Positions 1-12,374 of a stretch of 64,000 bases of DNA are shown here, one piece after another. Positions within the stretch are counted from its first letter, which is position 1, and every line of letters starts with the position of its first letter. The notes below the pieces were generated by a model. The model worked only from the letters and a program-made list of their open reading frames with translations, did no database searches and was not told the DNA's origin. Source of the stretch: Oikopleura dioica (lineage: Eukaryota > Animalia > Chordata); the NCBI GenBank assembly GCA_907165135.1, contig OU015566.1:12710001-12774000 (forward strand). The letters are read 5' to 3'. The position numbers and the translations under genes are program-made.

Positions 1-2313
1 TTTCTCTTCTTACCGCGGTCAAATCTTCTGGATCGGTCGAGACTTTCTTTGAAGATTTGTAGTAAAAGACCTGAACGACTGTAAGAGAGATTTTCAAGGT
101 ATTCTACCTGGCAGATGATAAGGCAATCGACTGTAACTTGGATTGAGCCACAGAGAATAAATTGGAAAGGCTGATTCAGAAAGACGAAATATCCTGTTTT
201 GAAGATATCCCCAACGAGCCAGCCGAGAACCATGAACATTGACATTCCAGTCGCTAAAATAACTGTAAAAGGGTTCCCAAGCTACTTGTCTTACTTGAAC
301 TATTCTGGTAGTTTTTCCATAGCTGAGGCGTGGCAAGAAGGGATTCTGTTCCTAGCGCGAGGAAACCAAGGATATTGAAGTAACTGGCTACAATTGAGTT
401 TGGGAGTTGAAATATTCACGATACTCTTACGTGAGTGAAGAAAAACATAAGTGGTAAATGCAACAACGATCCAAAAAAGAACCATGAACTGGAGGTAATC
501 AACAAAATACGTCCAGTTCCAGAACTCCTCTGGTTTCAGGCAGGGCTGCACAATTGGATTGGAATCCAATTGGTTTCCAATTCCAATTGGATTGGATTGG
601 TAAATTGGTTGGAAAAAGGGCGGGAAAATCAGGGTCTGTCCAATTGGACAGCCCTTCCAATTGGAAAATGGGGGTCCAATTGGCAACTGGTAGCCAATTG
701 GTAAATTGGCAAAATGATTGGATCGAAGCACCTCTTTTCACGCGGAAATGCCAAATTATGCTTGAATTAGTGCCTCAAACGATCAGTTCGTCAACAATTT
801 TCTCAAAAAATCGAAAATTTCAAAACAGCCATATTTTGGCTTCTTAGTGTGCCTGAAAGTTCAATTCATCATAAAAACTTGTTGACCAGGGAGCACTTTT
901 TGACCAATAAAAATCCAAAATTTTAGCGAAATTGGGACTTTTTCGTCAAAAAGTCCGATTTTCAAACGCGATTTTGAGGGCTTGCCAAACTGCCTGAAAG
1001 CGCCTATATTGCCCAAATGTCCGAAATGCCCGCTCTTGCCCGGCCAAATTTTATGGGCTTAGCTGTCCGAATGCTCGGCCGAACCCTTTTTCCCCGAATG
1101 CCCGATGCCGATTCGCTTTAACCCCTATACGCGAAGCTGCCTAAAGAACCCCCTTACCCGAAGTGTACAATTTTTGTCGATTTGGCCTTCCTCTCAAGAT
1201 AATCTTTTCAAAGTATCAGATTATACTAAATCTATCATTATCTTTCGAACTGCACTTTTACATTTTCGGTAAAATTGATATTTAGTGCTAAAATTGGGGA
1301 AAGAAATTTTAACACTATAAAATTTATTATGTGATAATTATGAAAAATACTCATCTGAGCCATTTTTAACGGTGATTTTCGAATTCTCCATACTAAAAAA
1401 CCTAAGAATAAACTAAAACTGAAGCAAAAATGAGAAAAGGGAATTTTTTTCTTCCTTGGAGCGCGCGAGGTGGCGTGAGAAAATCAGTACTGGTGCAGTG
1501 CTCACTGGGCTTATCACGCGGAAATTTTGCGGAAAGGTGGGCAAGTCTTGTGCAAATACTCATTTGAGTTTTCAGGTCATTCTGACCCACCAGCTCCATT
1601 GGGCGAGCGACTATATCCCGAAATCGACAAAAATTGTACACTTCGGGTATAGGGGTTAAAAATTCTCTCGTTTGTTAATTTTAAAGGATTATTTAAAAAT
1701 TTTAATTTAAAATTTAAATGAACTAAAAAAAAACTGACTTTTCCAATTAGAATCCGATTTTCAATTGGAATTTGGCTGTCCAATTGGCAAACTCGTGCTA
1801 ATTGGAAGCAAGATTCCAATTGCCGATTGGTCCGCCAAATTCCAATTGGAAATTGGAATTGGATTGGAATTTGGTTGGATTGGCAAAATTTGGGTTGGAT
1901 TGGATTGGCAGTTGGTTGGAAAAATCCAAATTTTTTTGCCAATTGTGCAGCCCTGGTTTCAGGTCGGCCATATATCGCTCAGAGCCATTTTTCTTGCTGT
2001 GGTTGACTCGTACGACAAGCTCGACAAGAGCGAACATGGCGAAGATCATGACTACTGCTTGAAGGAAGAGAGCGGTCTCGTAGACTTCGCCAACGCGGAA
2101 GAAAATCCTCGAAGAGTGTCGAAAAAGGTTAAAGAAAATACTCGTGTACCTGAGAGAGTTGGCGATGAGCAAGACGAGACAGACATGTTTAGAAAATGAA
2201 CCAGTCGTTCGCGTTTCTCGAATTTGTTGGTACTGCGGGAGATAGGGCAGTGCGCCCCCGAAGACCATAAAAACATCGGGCAAGAAGTGAAGAAGAAATT
2301 TGATAAATGACAT
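1..2313 (-). CDS. SLC66A2: PQ-loop repeat transporter (PQLC1/SLC66A2 family), multi-exon; the 3' end is at or beyond the window edge; an exon is interrupted by a MITE
   Basis: MVFGGALPYLPQYQQIRETRTTGSFSKHVCLVLLIANSLR (first PQ loop). The frame continues across the insertion as ADLKP|EEFWNWTYFVDYLQF, then GFLALGTESLLATPQLWKNY and GMSMFMVLGWLVGDIFKTGYF (second PQ loop), matching PQLC1. Confidence 0.9.
541..1955. mobile_element. hAT-like non-autonomous element (MITE), 1415 bp, inside a PQLC1 exon
   Basis: Perfect 17-bp TIR CAGGGCTGCACAATTGG (541-557 / 1939-1955), 8-bp TSD GTTTCAGG (533-540 / 1956-1963), subterminal CCAATTGG/AATTGG arrays, no transposase ORF. Confidence 0.93.
1122..1655. mobile_element. 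piggyBac-like MITE nested in the hAT element
   Basis: TTAA TSD (1118-1121 / 1656-1659). Ends are CCCCTATAC...GTATAGGGG, with a further inverted repeat CCGAAGTGTACAATTTTTGTCGATTT (left copy offset by a ~27-bp insertion). Confidence 0.8.
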
Positions 2314-2477
2314 CTTTTGATTTCTACTTTTCTACATTCTAAAATTTATCGAAAGTAAGAAGATTTGCGAATCTGAAAGTACGTTGAGCTTCAACGGTTG
2401 AAGAGAGAGGGAATGAAATCAATATATAATGACAAGAGAGAATTATCTGTAGAGAGGAAGAAACGCAACGCTTGGGA

Positions 2478-3297
2478 TTAATCGTTTTTCTTTTCGGGGA
2501 CTGAGCTGGCGATGTGCGGAGGAAGGTCCGACTAAGAAATGGTAAGGGAGGGTTGAAAAGGTGATCTTACCTGTGGGAGATCTTCATATCTCGGTGGAGC
2601 ATCTGGGAGACGCTGTCCAGCAACAGGTGGAGCCATGGGAGCACCGTAGTTGAACTCCGAGTTCGACTGGAACTCGTACATTCCTGTGGCCGCGTTGAAT
2701 TGACCCTGTTGGTTTTGAGTATAGGGATTTGGTGGTGGAGCCGGGTACCCTTGGAGTCCAAACTGCGGCTGCGTATAAACAGTTTGAGTTCGCGAGCTGT
2801 TCGCAGTGGCGAGGACAAATTTGCCGAACTCAATGCACCCGCCAGAGTTGAAGGTCAAGTTTATTTGGGTTGTTCCTTCCCAACCACCGCCAGGCGCAGC
2901 TTTGACATCGGCGATGACGTAGTTGGAGCCGAAGATTGGCTGTTTCAGCTCGAGTTTTGAGAGGCAATTGAAAGGAATGATGAAATCACGGAGTTTTGAT
3001 TTTGCTGACTCGTTCAAGAAAAAGACCTAATCGGATTTCAATGAAAATTAAGAACAAAAAGCTTACCCGTAAATTTGTGACATGAATGTTTCCAGTGTGC
3101 TTGCCCTTCATTTCTCTGCACGCATGGGATTGATTTTTAAACTCCAAGACCACATTTTTGTCCTTTCTCATCACACTAAATTCGCAGTTAATATTTAAAA
3201 GCGATCTGAAGGACTCAATATCTCACCGTTCATTGGGCGCAAGAGTGAACTTATTCTCGCGCATTCCCGGTTCGGGGTTAAACGTATTCAACGACAT
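2478..3297 (-). CDS. WBP2: WW domain-binding protein 2 (GRAM domain plus PPxY-rich tail), multi-exon
   Basis: DFIIPFNCLSKLELKQPIFGSNYVIADVKAAPGGGWEGTTQINLTFNSGGCIEFG matches WBP2; PPPNPY/PPRY tail; ATG at 3297 preceded by TTTAG. Confidence 0.88.
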
Positions 3298-3353
3298 TCT
3301 AAAGCGAAAATATTCAATAAAGGGCTTCGTTTAATTTATGAACATGTTGAGTT

Positions 3354-5014
3354 TCAGTCACGCTTGAAAGAACCTCTTGGTTTGCTGAATCCTCTGCTGG
3401 ATCCGCGTCCACCTCTGTCAGAGCCACCTCGCCCGCGATCAGAGCCTCCACGACCCCGGCCGCCGCCTCGTCCTCTGTCTGCACCGCCTCTTGAGCCGCC
3501 GCGGAAGCTTCCTCCACGACTGCTGCCTCTTCCACCGCCGCGATCGGAAGATCCTCCTCTGAATGAGCCTCGTCCACGACCATCTCTGTCTCCTCCTCTG
3601 CCTCTGCTGCTACCACGATCCGATGAGCCACCTCTGAATGAACCACGCCCTCTTCCAGAGCCTCTTTCACCTCCTCGTCCTCTGAAGCTGCCTCTTGATG
3701 AGTCCTGCTTGAAGACTTTCTTGGGAGAAGCTTCTTCAGCGTCGTCATTCGTGCCATCTTCGTTCTTTCGTTTCGTCATTCTGTCTTTGAACTTATCTCG
3801 CTTTTCTTTATTTGCTTTGATAGCAGCCTCTGCTTTGGCTTGCTTCTTTTTCTCCCACTTCTCGCCTAAAATTCAAATTATTCTAAAGATCTCTGTGAGT
3901 GATTCAACCTTTTTTTCGGCTCTTCGACGGAGCAGAAACGCGATCAGGAACGTAGTTGAACACAATTGTCTGGCCGTTGATTTCCAAATCGGATTCTTTA
4001 TACTTCTTGGCAACTTCTTTCGATTCGAACTGGGCGTAAGCAATGTTGAGGCCATTTTTGGGGAAACGAATTTGAACAGGATCTTCAAAGAGGTCTTCCA
4101 GGTCCATTTCGTCGAATTCTGTGTTTGCTTTTATCGACAAAGTTCCGGTCTAAGAAGAATTTAAAAACATAGATTTTAAAAAAGACCTCACCTCTTTGAT
4201 TTCATCAATATTCGTATTGCTGCTTTTCGCACCACACAGATCAACCTCAAGCCGTTTCTTTCTAAGATCCCATTTCTTGTAATCGTGCGCTTTTTGAGCA
4301 GCTTCAACAGTCTTCATCTCTACAAATGCCTTTCCTCTGCATTTGCCACTCGCTTTCGTTAGTAATCTGACTTCCTTGGCGTGGATGAAAAGTGCTTCGA
4401 GTTCTTCTACTGTCGTATCGAATGGCAGGTTTTTGACGAAAATTGTTCGATCTTCTGAGGAGCGAACGTCTGTTTTAACTTCAGAGGGAGGTGCGTTTTC
4501 GGAGGCGTCTTCATCGGCTTCATTCTTGATTTCTTTCTATAAAAGGGTTGGAAAGGGTAAACTTTCCGCGCTGTGGTACCTTAACTTTTTCATCGAAAGC
4601 GTTATCTTCGTAATCTTCAGGGCTCTCTACATCAGTTGCGAGTGGTATAACTTCTGAAAAGAACAAATGAAAGCTGTCTTGTAAAAAGGTCATAAATAAT
4701 CTCTAAAGATCGCCGTAAAACTCACCAATCTTAGGCGCGACTTCAAGCCCCTCAACAACTGTCTCGCCATCACCTCCAGTAACTACGAAATCTTCTTCTT
4801 CAGCCTCGACCATATCGAAGGACTCGTCGATATCATTGTCGATATCATCGATGACGGCTTTAACTTCCTTCTTTTTCGCGCGCTTCGATTTTTTCTTCGG
4901 CGTCAAATCGGTATTCTTCGTTGATTCCAAGTTTTCGGCCACTTCGATTTTGACGGTGTTTTCTGCTGGAGCCTCGTCAAGAATAGCCGCCTTAGATTTT
5001 TTCGATTTCGCCAT
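3354..5014 (-). CDS. Nucleolin-like RNA-binding protein (acidic/Lys-rich N-terminus, two RRMs, RGG/GAR tail)
   Basis: RTIFVKNLPFDTTVEELEALF...GKAFVEM (RRM), second RRM ending IVFNYV, long RGSFRGGSSDRG repeat tail at 3354-3720. Confidence 0.78.
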
Positions 5015-5212
5015 TCGATGATCTTCAATTGGGTATATATGAGAGGATTTGAACGAGAAAATAAAATTACATGGAGATAAGTTCGCATGGCAAGAGTTTT
5101 CTGAGTACATAAATGACGAAGAATGTGAAGGAGGAAAAGAACACAAAAAATAATTGAAGAAGGAAGTGGGAAACGAAAAGTTGTATCTGTTAAAGTAAGC
5201 GAGGGTTGTTTT

Positions 5213-5871
5213 CTATTGGAGTGCGGTTTTCCTGTTGAATACAGTGTTGCGCTGCTGCTCGACGTCGGCCTTCCATCGACGAGCCATTGCGTCGATTTTT
5301 GACATGATCGAGTCAACGATGGATTGACTTTGAGAGCCACGAGGGAACAGTTGCGCTCGATCTTAGGAAAAATATGCTATAGCCAGGTTCAAACTGTAGC
5401 TAAACTGTACCTGAGTCTCCCTCTGCTCTCGGCTGGTATTTTTCGGTGAAAAAGTAGACTAAACTCGTGTAGGAAAGGAGCAAAATGATGGAAACGATGT
5501 AGAGGTAGACGATAAACTCCATCGTGCCAGTATTTCGCAGCTCAAATTTGCACTCACATGCTCGACAATATGCATCTTGTATCGATTCCTGAATGATAGT
5601 GAGCAACCTTTATGCTGACGAAAACTTACATCATGAGACGGATCTAATCTGGGTCGAACAACCTCATCTGCCGTGCATGTTTTCGCCTCTACCTTGCCTT
5701 GTGCGAAATAAATCTCAGACTTCTCCGCAATAGGCTGAAAAAATCATAAAAATCGACCGGTTGAACCTAATTTCGTTGAGTTACCATTAACGACGGGCAT
5801 CTGCACTGACATCTTTGGTCAGAAAAGTCGTTGGCGAACGCGATCCCAACTAGAAGTACCGAAATCAACAT
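5213..5871 (-). CDS. TMEM9: TMEM9-family single-pass membrane protein, multi-exon
   Basis: Signal peptide MLISVLLVGIAFAND, then RCQCRCP, DAYCRACECKFE, a TM helix, and the C-terminus ARRWKADVEQQRNTVFNRKTALQ*, matching TMEM9 QRWKLQVQEQRKTVFDRHKMLS. Confidence 0.85.
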
Positions 5872-6039
5872 CTAAAGGGTCTTGTTACAATTTGAGGAAG
5901 TTGTACGAAGATGAATAAATTATTATCTGCGTGAATTGTGAGACATTCAATTCTGGGAAACAAAGAATAAGACGATAATGAAATACACATAAATGATGGG
6001 AGCTTTTTCAGTATTTTTGTTAAAGGAAATAATTTCTTT

Positions 6040-9000
6040 CTAATATCTGGGTTGGCTGCCAGATCCTCCTCCGTAAACGAATCCACTTTGACTGTATCCT
6101 CCGTGCTGTTGCTGCGGTTGGCCGGATTGAGGAGCTCCAGATGGTGGTTGTCGTCGTCGCGGCATGTCAGGCAGTGCGTTAAAATCAGTTCCTAGGATTC
6201 GTTATCATTTGAGAATGGATTGATGAGTTACCTGTATTTTGAGGAGCATGCTGAGATGGTTGAGCTGGTGGCTTGTATTGTTGATGTTGGTAAGATTGTG
6301 GCTGCTGTTGGTGAGCTTGTTGATAACTTTGGTAGCTCTGCTGCTGAGGAGGCTGGTACTGCCGCGGTGGCGGATTCTGAGTTTGTTGCGGAGGTCCACG
6401 CATCGGGGGCATTTGTTGAGCTCGTGGTGGCGGCTGAGCAAGACCTTGCGGAGGTCCTCGACTGGCCATTTGCGGTGGAGGTGCATATGAACGCTCAGCT
6501 TGTTGTGGCGGAGCGTATCTCATCTGATCTTGTTCTTCATAGCCGCCATAAGGTTTTTGTGGTGAACCTCCTTGCTGTGGTGGTGGTCCTCGGTTCGTTG
6601 GAGGTTGGTATTGGTAACCACCTTGCTGAGGAGGAGGACGATCGTATTGAGGACCTTTTGGAGGCTGGTAGTTCGGCCTTCCTTGTGGCGCACCTGAATA
6701 ACCTACCGGAGGAGCACCATTTCGAGCGTTTGGATGACCGCCTGATTCTTTCATCTCTGCTTCGTTGATCTTCTGATACGATTTGCCACCGATAAGGTCG
6801 GCGATGGATGATTTCAACTTATCAGTACACTCATTTGCTAATTTTAGAAATAGATGACAAAGGATTGATTGAAAAAATTACTTGAAAAGGTTCTGGGGAA
6901 TCCTCCTAAATCAACTCTTTTCTTCTCGAGCCAGTCAACAACTTCTTCTACTTCCAATAAGCTTGCTTGTCGTCCGTCTGTCAACAATCGCAGAATCGAT
7001 GCTATGCGCCCAGGAGGTGGCTGGTCTTGTTTCTGAAGGTTATTTCCTTGTAAAAACAAAACTTCTGTTAACTAACCCTGCAGTTTTGAACACGCATGTT
7101 TATCAAAATAAGAGCTTCCACTACTGGCATATTTCGGTGTTCCTCTGGATCTGGTTTAAAAATATGAACAGTACAAGTTCTCTTGTGTTGGTCGTTTTTA
7201 GAAATTTGAACGGCGCAAATCGAGTCATCGTCATTCTGCATTTCAGTCAACTCTTCTTCGATCGTTTTCCGAGCTCTTCTGACAGTATTTAGCCAAACAG
7301 TGGTGTCCACGCTCACACCAAGGATTCTCAACTTTCGTTCTATCTGTGTGGCATAAAGTCGGTCATTGTCGCCTTCGATGTAAATTCGACACTGAGGAGT
7401 TGTTCTTCTGATCGGTGGGAGAGTTGCGCCTTCTCGGGGGAGTTTTCGCGCTTCTTCTTTGCTCAACTGGGCCATGTTGACCTCCAGTGATGCTCCTGTG
7501 TTAACATTTGATGCATATTGTTTTTCTCGACTGGTTTACAAACTAAAAGCTACAAAATTACCTTTACATCTTCGTCCGTTTTCGGAGCTCGCCGCGTGGC
7601 GCGCCATTTCCGGAGCTTTGTATTGAATAAAAGCAAATCCACGGTGCAGCGAGATCGAAATAATCTTCCCGTACTTTTCAAATTGATGATAAATATCATC
7701 CTTGGACAGATAATCCACTGGTAGATGACCAACAAACACTCGGCAGATCTGATACTCGAGCTCTTTTCCATTCGTGGTGTGGGTATACATTGGCCCGTCG
7801 TCCATCATTTCTTCTTCGGTCATTTTGATTCTTCCTGCTTTTATCGCCTTGCGCAGCTCATCGTTGAAGAAGTCATTAGGATCGTCTCGTGTTCCAGCGA
7901 CCGGAGGAGGTGCATTGACGTACTTTTCTTTCGGACCGCGAGATGGCTGAATGATCGGGTTCGATGGGTCGTCGTCTTCGACCATGATCGGATTCGAACG
8001 ATGATCGTGGTTGTCACGGGGAGGAGCTTTGTACTCGCTGTAGGAGCGAGAGGGAGAGTCTCTTGTATCTCTTTGAGTATCCTAGAAAGTCTTTATATAT
8101 AGAGTGTTTATAATTCGGGTTTCTTATTCAAAAATATGCGAATTCGAAGACGTTTAGAAAACGGGGCCAATAACAGACAACGATAATTCGTACCCGACGA
8201 TCTCTATCATCTTTTGATCTTGAAGACTTCTTAGAATCGCGGTCCGCGCTGCGTCTGGTTTCTCTCGATTTTCTATCACGTGATCTTGAGCGAGTACGGG
8301 TACGACGTCTTGATGATTCCTTTCGATCTTTTGATCTGGATCGTCTTCGGTCCCGGCTTCGTGAACGGGATCTCTATTAGTTAATGATAAGAAAAAGTCC
8401 TCTATAAAGGCTTTTATCAGCAAGAAAACTTGCCTTGGATCTTTTGGTATCTCTAGAATCTCTCTTAGGCGATCTACTCTTGCGTTTTTCTCCCTTAGAA
8501 ATCTCTGTTATCTCTAAAATATCATCATCTTCAACTCTTGCGCGGTTAGAGCGCGAGGATGAAGATGCATTTTCTCTTTGGTTTCTCTCAGAACGGGAAC
8601 TTTCTCTATCTGATCTTCTGTTCGTATCACGATCTCGCGAGGAGCCTTCTCGACGATCGTACGAGTCTTTGGATCGATTGGTATCAGAGTAAGAGCCTCT
8701 TGAACTTGCTGGAGGTCTTCGATCATCATAGTCTCTTCCGTTGCGAGTTGGTTCAATTGGATCGTATTTTTCAGAAGATTGGGGCGGAGTTCGATAATGA
8801 TTTTGTTCCTCAAAGCCGAATTCAGAGCCTGTTATTTGGGTTTGAAAGTTATTCGAGCGCTACTTTAGCTGCAAATAGTAAAAAGATAAAGAACCCTTCA
8901 CGGCGCGGTTCAGCTCTTCCTCACGCTTCTGGATCTCTGCCAATCGTCGCTCATTCTCGAGCATTTTCTGCTCAATTTCAGAGAGTTTCTCGTCGGGGTC

Positions 9001-9072
9001 GAATCCGTACTCGCTGTTGTAGTTTTCATTGCTAACTCGAACCTTGAGCGGCTCGTAGTTGAAGGAACTCAT
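6040..9072 (-). CDS. NCOA5: Nuclear receptor coactivator 5-like (RD/RS-rich N-terminus, RRM, NCOA5 core, Q/P-rich tail)
   Basis: RRM (RVFVGHLP...HRGFAFIQY) and the core HKRTCTVHIFKPDPEEHRNMPVVEALILI, matching NCOA5 [28 protein letters not shown]. Confidence 0.8.
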
Positions 9073-9396
9073 GCTTGAAGCAACTCAGTCCTCCACGATT
9101 CTTGCTGAAAAAAAGAAATCGTTAGGGAACTCAATCGATTACTTAATTTCATTGAAGACAACAACGATTCATGCTTTTGAAAAAAGACAGATTTATGTGA
9201 TCTTCGTTCGGGTTTTATTTGCAGCGTAAGTTGAACATAAGTAAAGTAATAAACTTATTGCAGTCTTGAAAACGCATTGTAAGGTAGTGATCATAATGTG
9301 GTGGCTAGCGCACGTGACGTGAATGGAGGACTGGTCCAACGGTGTGTTTTTGCATGAGTGAATGATACCTTCCTTCTTTATTGCTCGTTTCGAAAC

Positions 9397-11955
9397 TCAG
9401 TGAGCTTCAGACAGAGAGGACTCAGAATCTGATCCTACAGTAACCGTTAGCCTTGCTGATTGAAATTCTTACTGACCTGATGAATCATCAGAGGAGTCGG
9501 AGAGTCTGCTGCCGCTCTTCTTTTTCTTGATTTCTTTGGGCTTTTCTTCGGGTTTTTTAATTGCTGCCGCAGCCGCTAGTTTTTTTATTTGAGAAAAATT
9601 AAAAAAATAGACAAACCTTTTTGCTTACTGGTCTTTTTCTTCAGGCAGAAGGAAACGTACGTATCGAGCTCCCTCAATGTGGCAGTTTGTAAAGTATCGA
9701 AATCTAAAGAGAATAGTTTAAATTTCGGACCCGACTCAATCAGCAGAACGTGTACCCTCGACCACCTCCACCACGAGTTAACTCGTCGTATACATCATTT
9801 GTGCACTGTATGTACTCGACGCGTTGAGGTTAAATAAAGAAGGGATACGATAATTAGTAAGGCTGCTAATTTGAGATCGGAATTTGGGACAACGATCTTG
9901 GCTGATTGGATTTAGACCTCGTCACAGAACACCAAGTTGTACGTTGGCGGAAGCGCAAACGACAACTTCTCCAAAACACCTATGATCAAAATTCAACTGG
10001 ACAAGCTTTAGGCTAAATTTCGTTCACGACTGCTGAACCCACTGAATATTGATCAATTGATAACTCTGATGCCAGTAAAAGTGACGATGCGATATCTTAC
10101 GTCGTTCGACCGTTTCGTTAAAAATATCTTTCGAAATTCTCATTTGGTTCTGGACCAACTTATGCATTTCTTTAATTATCGTGTCCCACATTTCGAGCTC
10201 GATGTCCAGCGCGAATTCAAAGGGGGACTTCGCTGTTGCTGAGAATTCGGAGTTTGGGGTGAGACTACTCGAAGGTGTCGATAGTGAAATACGATTACCG
10301 ATTTCGATCTCGTCTGGGTTGTGCTCGCGGTAGTGCGATTCGCGGTTTTGGATGATCGTCACCACTCTTCCGAGCTTATCCGATGGTAACTAAATTGATG
10401 ATAAGAAGATTGCCTTGTCGCTTGTGCATACTCTGTTGATATCTAAGCTCAGTTGTCGCTTCTCGTCGTAGGTCATTTCTTTGTGATCGTCATCAGAGTC
10501 AAAATCGTAGATCGCACTAAAATTCAATTAAGACCTCACCTCCAACAGATATGATCTTACCCTTCTCCATCTCTATTTCCGCCCTTCTTCCCGGCACCCA
10601 TGTCTCCCTTCTTCTTCTTTCGCTTTCCAGCTTTAACCAATCTTGCTTGAAGATCCATCAAATAAGCCAACTGCTCTTGAACTTCCCTCAGCTGAAAAAA
10701 ATCAATGGAATCAAGGATGACTAACTTCACAAACCTTCTTTTGGATCTGTTGGAGTTTCCTCCCTCTTTCATCGTCAGAATCCGAGTCGCCAAAGTCCGA
10801 TTCTTCCGAATGATTTGCTGCTGCATCTGCTGCTGAGAAGCTATCAGCTAGTTTTGCTTCAAAAACCTTCTGAAGACGGGAAGCCATTTGAACAACCTCG
10901 TGATCTGGTGGATTGTACTAAAAGACATGATTGCGAAACTGAGCTACTTTCAAAGAAAGCTACTTACAGCTCGACAGTTTTCGAAGATCAAAAGAATATC
11001 CGCGGTGAATTCATCTTTATTATTGTACATGTCGTTGTCGAGATTTTTCTGAACGGTGGACAAGTCCATCGGCTTTTTAATCACATCATAGTAGTCGTGC
11101 AACTCGAGAGCTTTCACATCGACGGGCGTGTAGAACGGCCATGCGTATTGTTGATGTCTTTTTTGATGAAGCTCTCGGAGGATTGCCGCGCAGACTCGCA
11201 TTTCCTTCTTTTTCGGCATCGCGCCTCCTGATTTCTTCGATGGCCCATCGAAGCCCGACATCGACTCGGTTTTCCTCTTTGGTGGATTTGGCCGTGTTCG
11301 TCCTGTTGGCGCACTCGCTCCGTTTTTCATCGGTGCGGCGGAGAGTTGAGGCATTTCAGGACCGCCTGGGGATGGAGCGATGCTGGTGTCAAGATCGGTC
11401 GTAGAATTCATCGACTTAGAACTTGGTGCTGGGCTTGGAACGGGGTCGATGGACATTGGCGTTGGTGGATTCCGATCGCGAGTGCCCAACGGAGCTCCTG
11501 AGGGAACTCCAAGGCCTTCAAGCGGATTTTTCTTTCGCTTTTGCTTTTCTACGACGGCCTCGACTTGTGGCATGTTCTTGATCTTGTTGTGAAGAATATC
11601 CTGGATCTTCTTGCCCATGATTGAAATATCATCTGTAGGTCTGTTGTAAGTATAGCAGTTTTCGAACATGAGGTCGTAATCGGCGATACATTGCTTGGCG
11701 GATTCGTATTTACAGCCGTAGAGCTTCTTTTTGATCGTTGACATGTCCATGGGATTTTTGATGATAGTGAAGTAGTCCGGAAGGTTGAGTTCCACAGGAT
11801 CAACGGGCTTCTGGAACGGCCAGGCAAACTTGTGATTCCATAGCTAAAACTGATAAACGAAAAGAAAACTGAAAATTTATTACCGTCATAAAGATATTTT
11901 TCTTTATATATTGCAACTGGTTAGTCATTGGAAACTTTTTTCCGTCGTCTGGCAT
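9397..11955 (-). CDS. BET-family bromodomain protein (two bromodomains, ET domain, SEED tail), BRD2/3/4-like
   Basis: BD1 TNQLQYI...WNHKFAWPFQKPVDPVELNLPDYFTIIKNPMDM; BD2 [63 protein letters not shown]. Start is approximate. Confidence 0.92.
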
Positions 11956-12374
11956 CGTGGGCAATTTCAATGATCTGAAAATTTTACTTATTGCCTGGAG
12001 TTGTTTTCTTGTTTCTTGTCAAGTAAGTTTTTATGTCAGAGAAAAAGTTTTTGGTCTTTTGGTAGATAAAGATAGAGAAAAGGACAAACTTTGAAAGGTT
12101 CACTTGGGGATGGAATTCTTTTTTGCGCACCCTTTTTACCAAATAAATATGTTTAAGATAAATTGTTTTAGGCTATTTACAAGACCTAAATAGTTTTTTA
12201 AATTGTATGAAGATACGCTTTTCTCAAACTTTTGTTTTAATTTTGTAAATGAAGAAGTGTTTGGCGAAATATGTTTATAAATTATAATTGTTACTGTTAA
12301 CTGTACAGTACTGAGATAGTAATAAAGTCTAGAATTTAAAAAATACTGGGATAATAATACTGAAAGTATTTATA

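Noticed and set aside
300-2199. Overlapping W/N/I/G/P-rich ORFs (300-847, 1577-2199)
   Set aside because: They are translations of the MITE's CCAATTGG subterminal arrays, not genes.
3364-4164. 266-aa Pro/Arg-rich plus-strand ORF
   Set aside because: It is the antisense shadow of the RGG-repeat tail of the nucleolin-like gene.
6220-6768. 182-aa Val/Ala-rich plus-strand ORF, and similar antisense ORFs over 14000-15900 and 61040-62473
   Set aside because: These are antisense frames of Q/P-rich or codon-biased real exons; there is no independent support.
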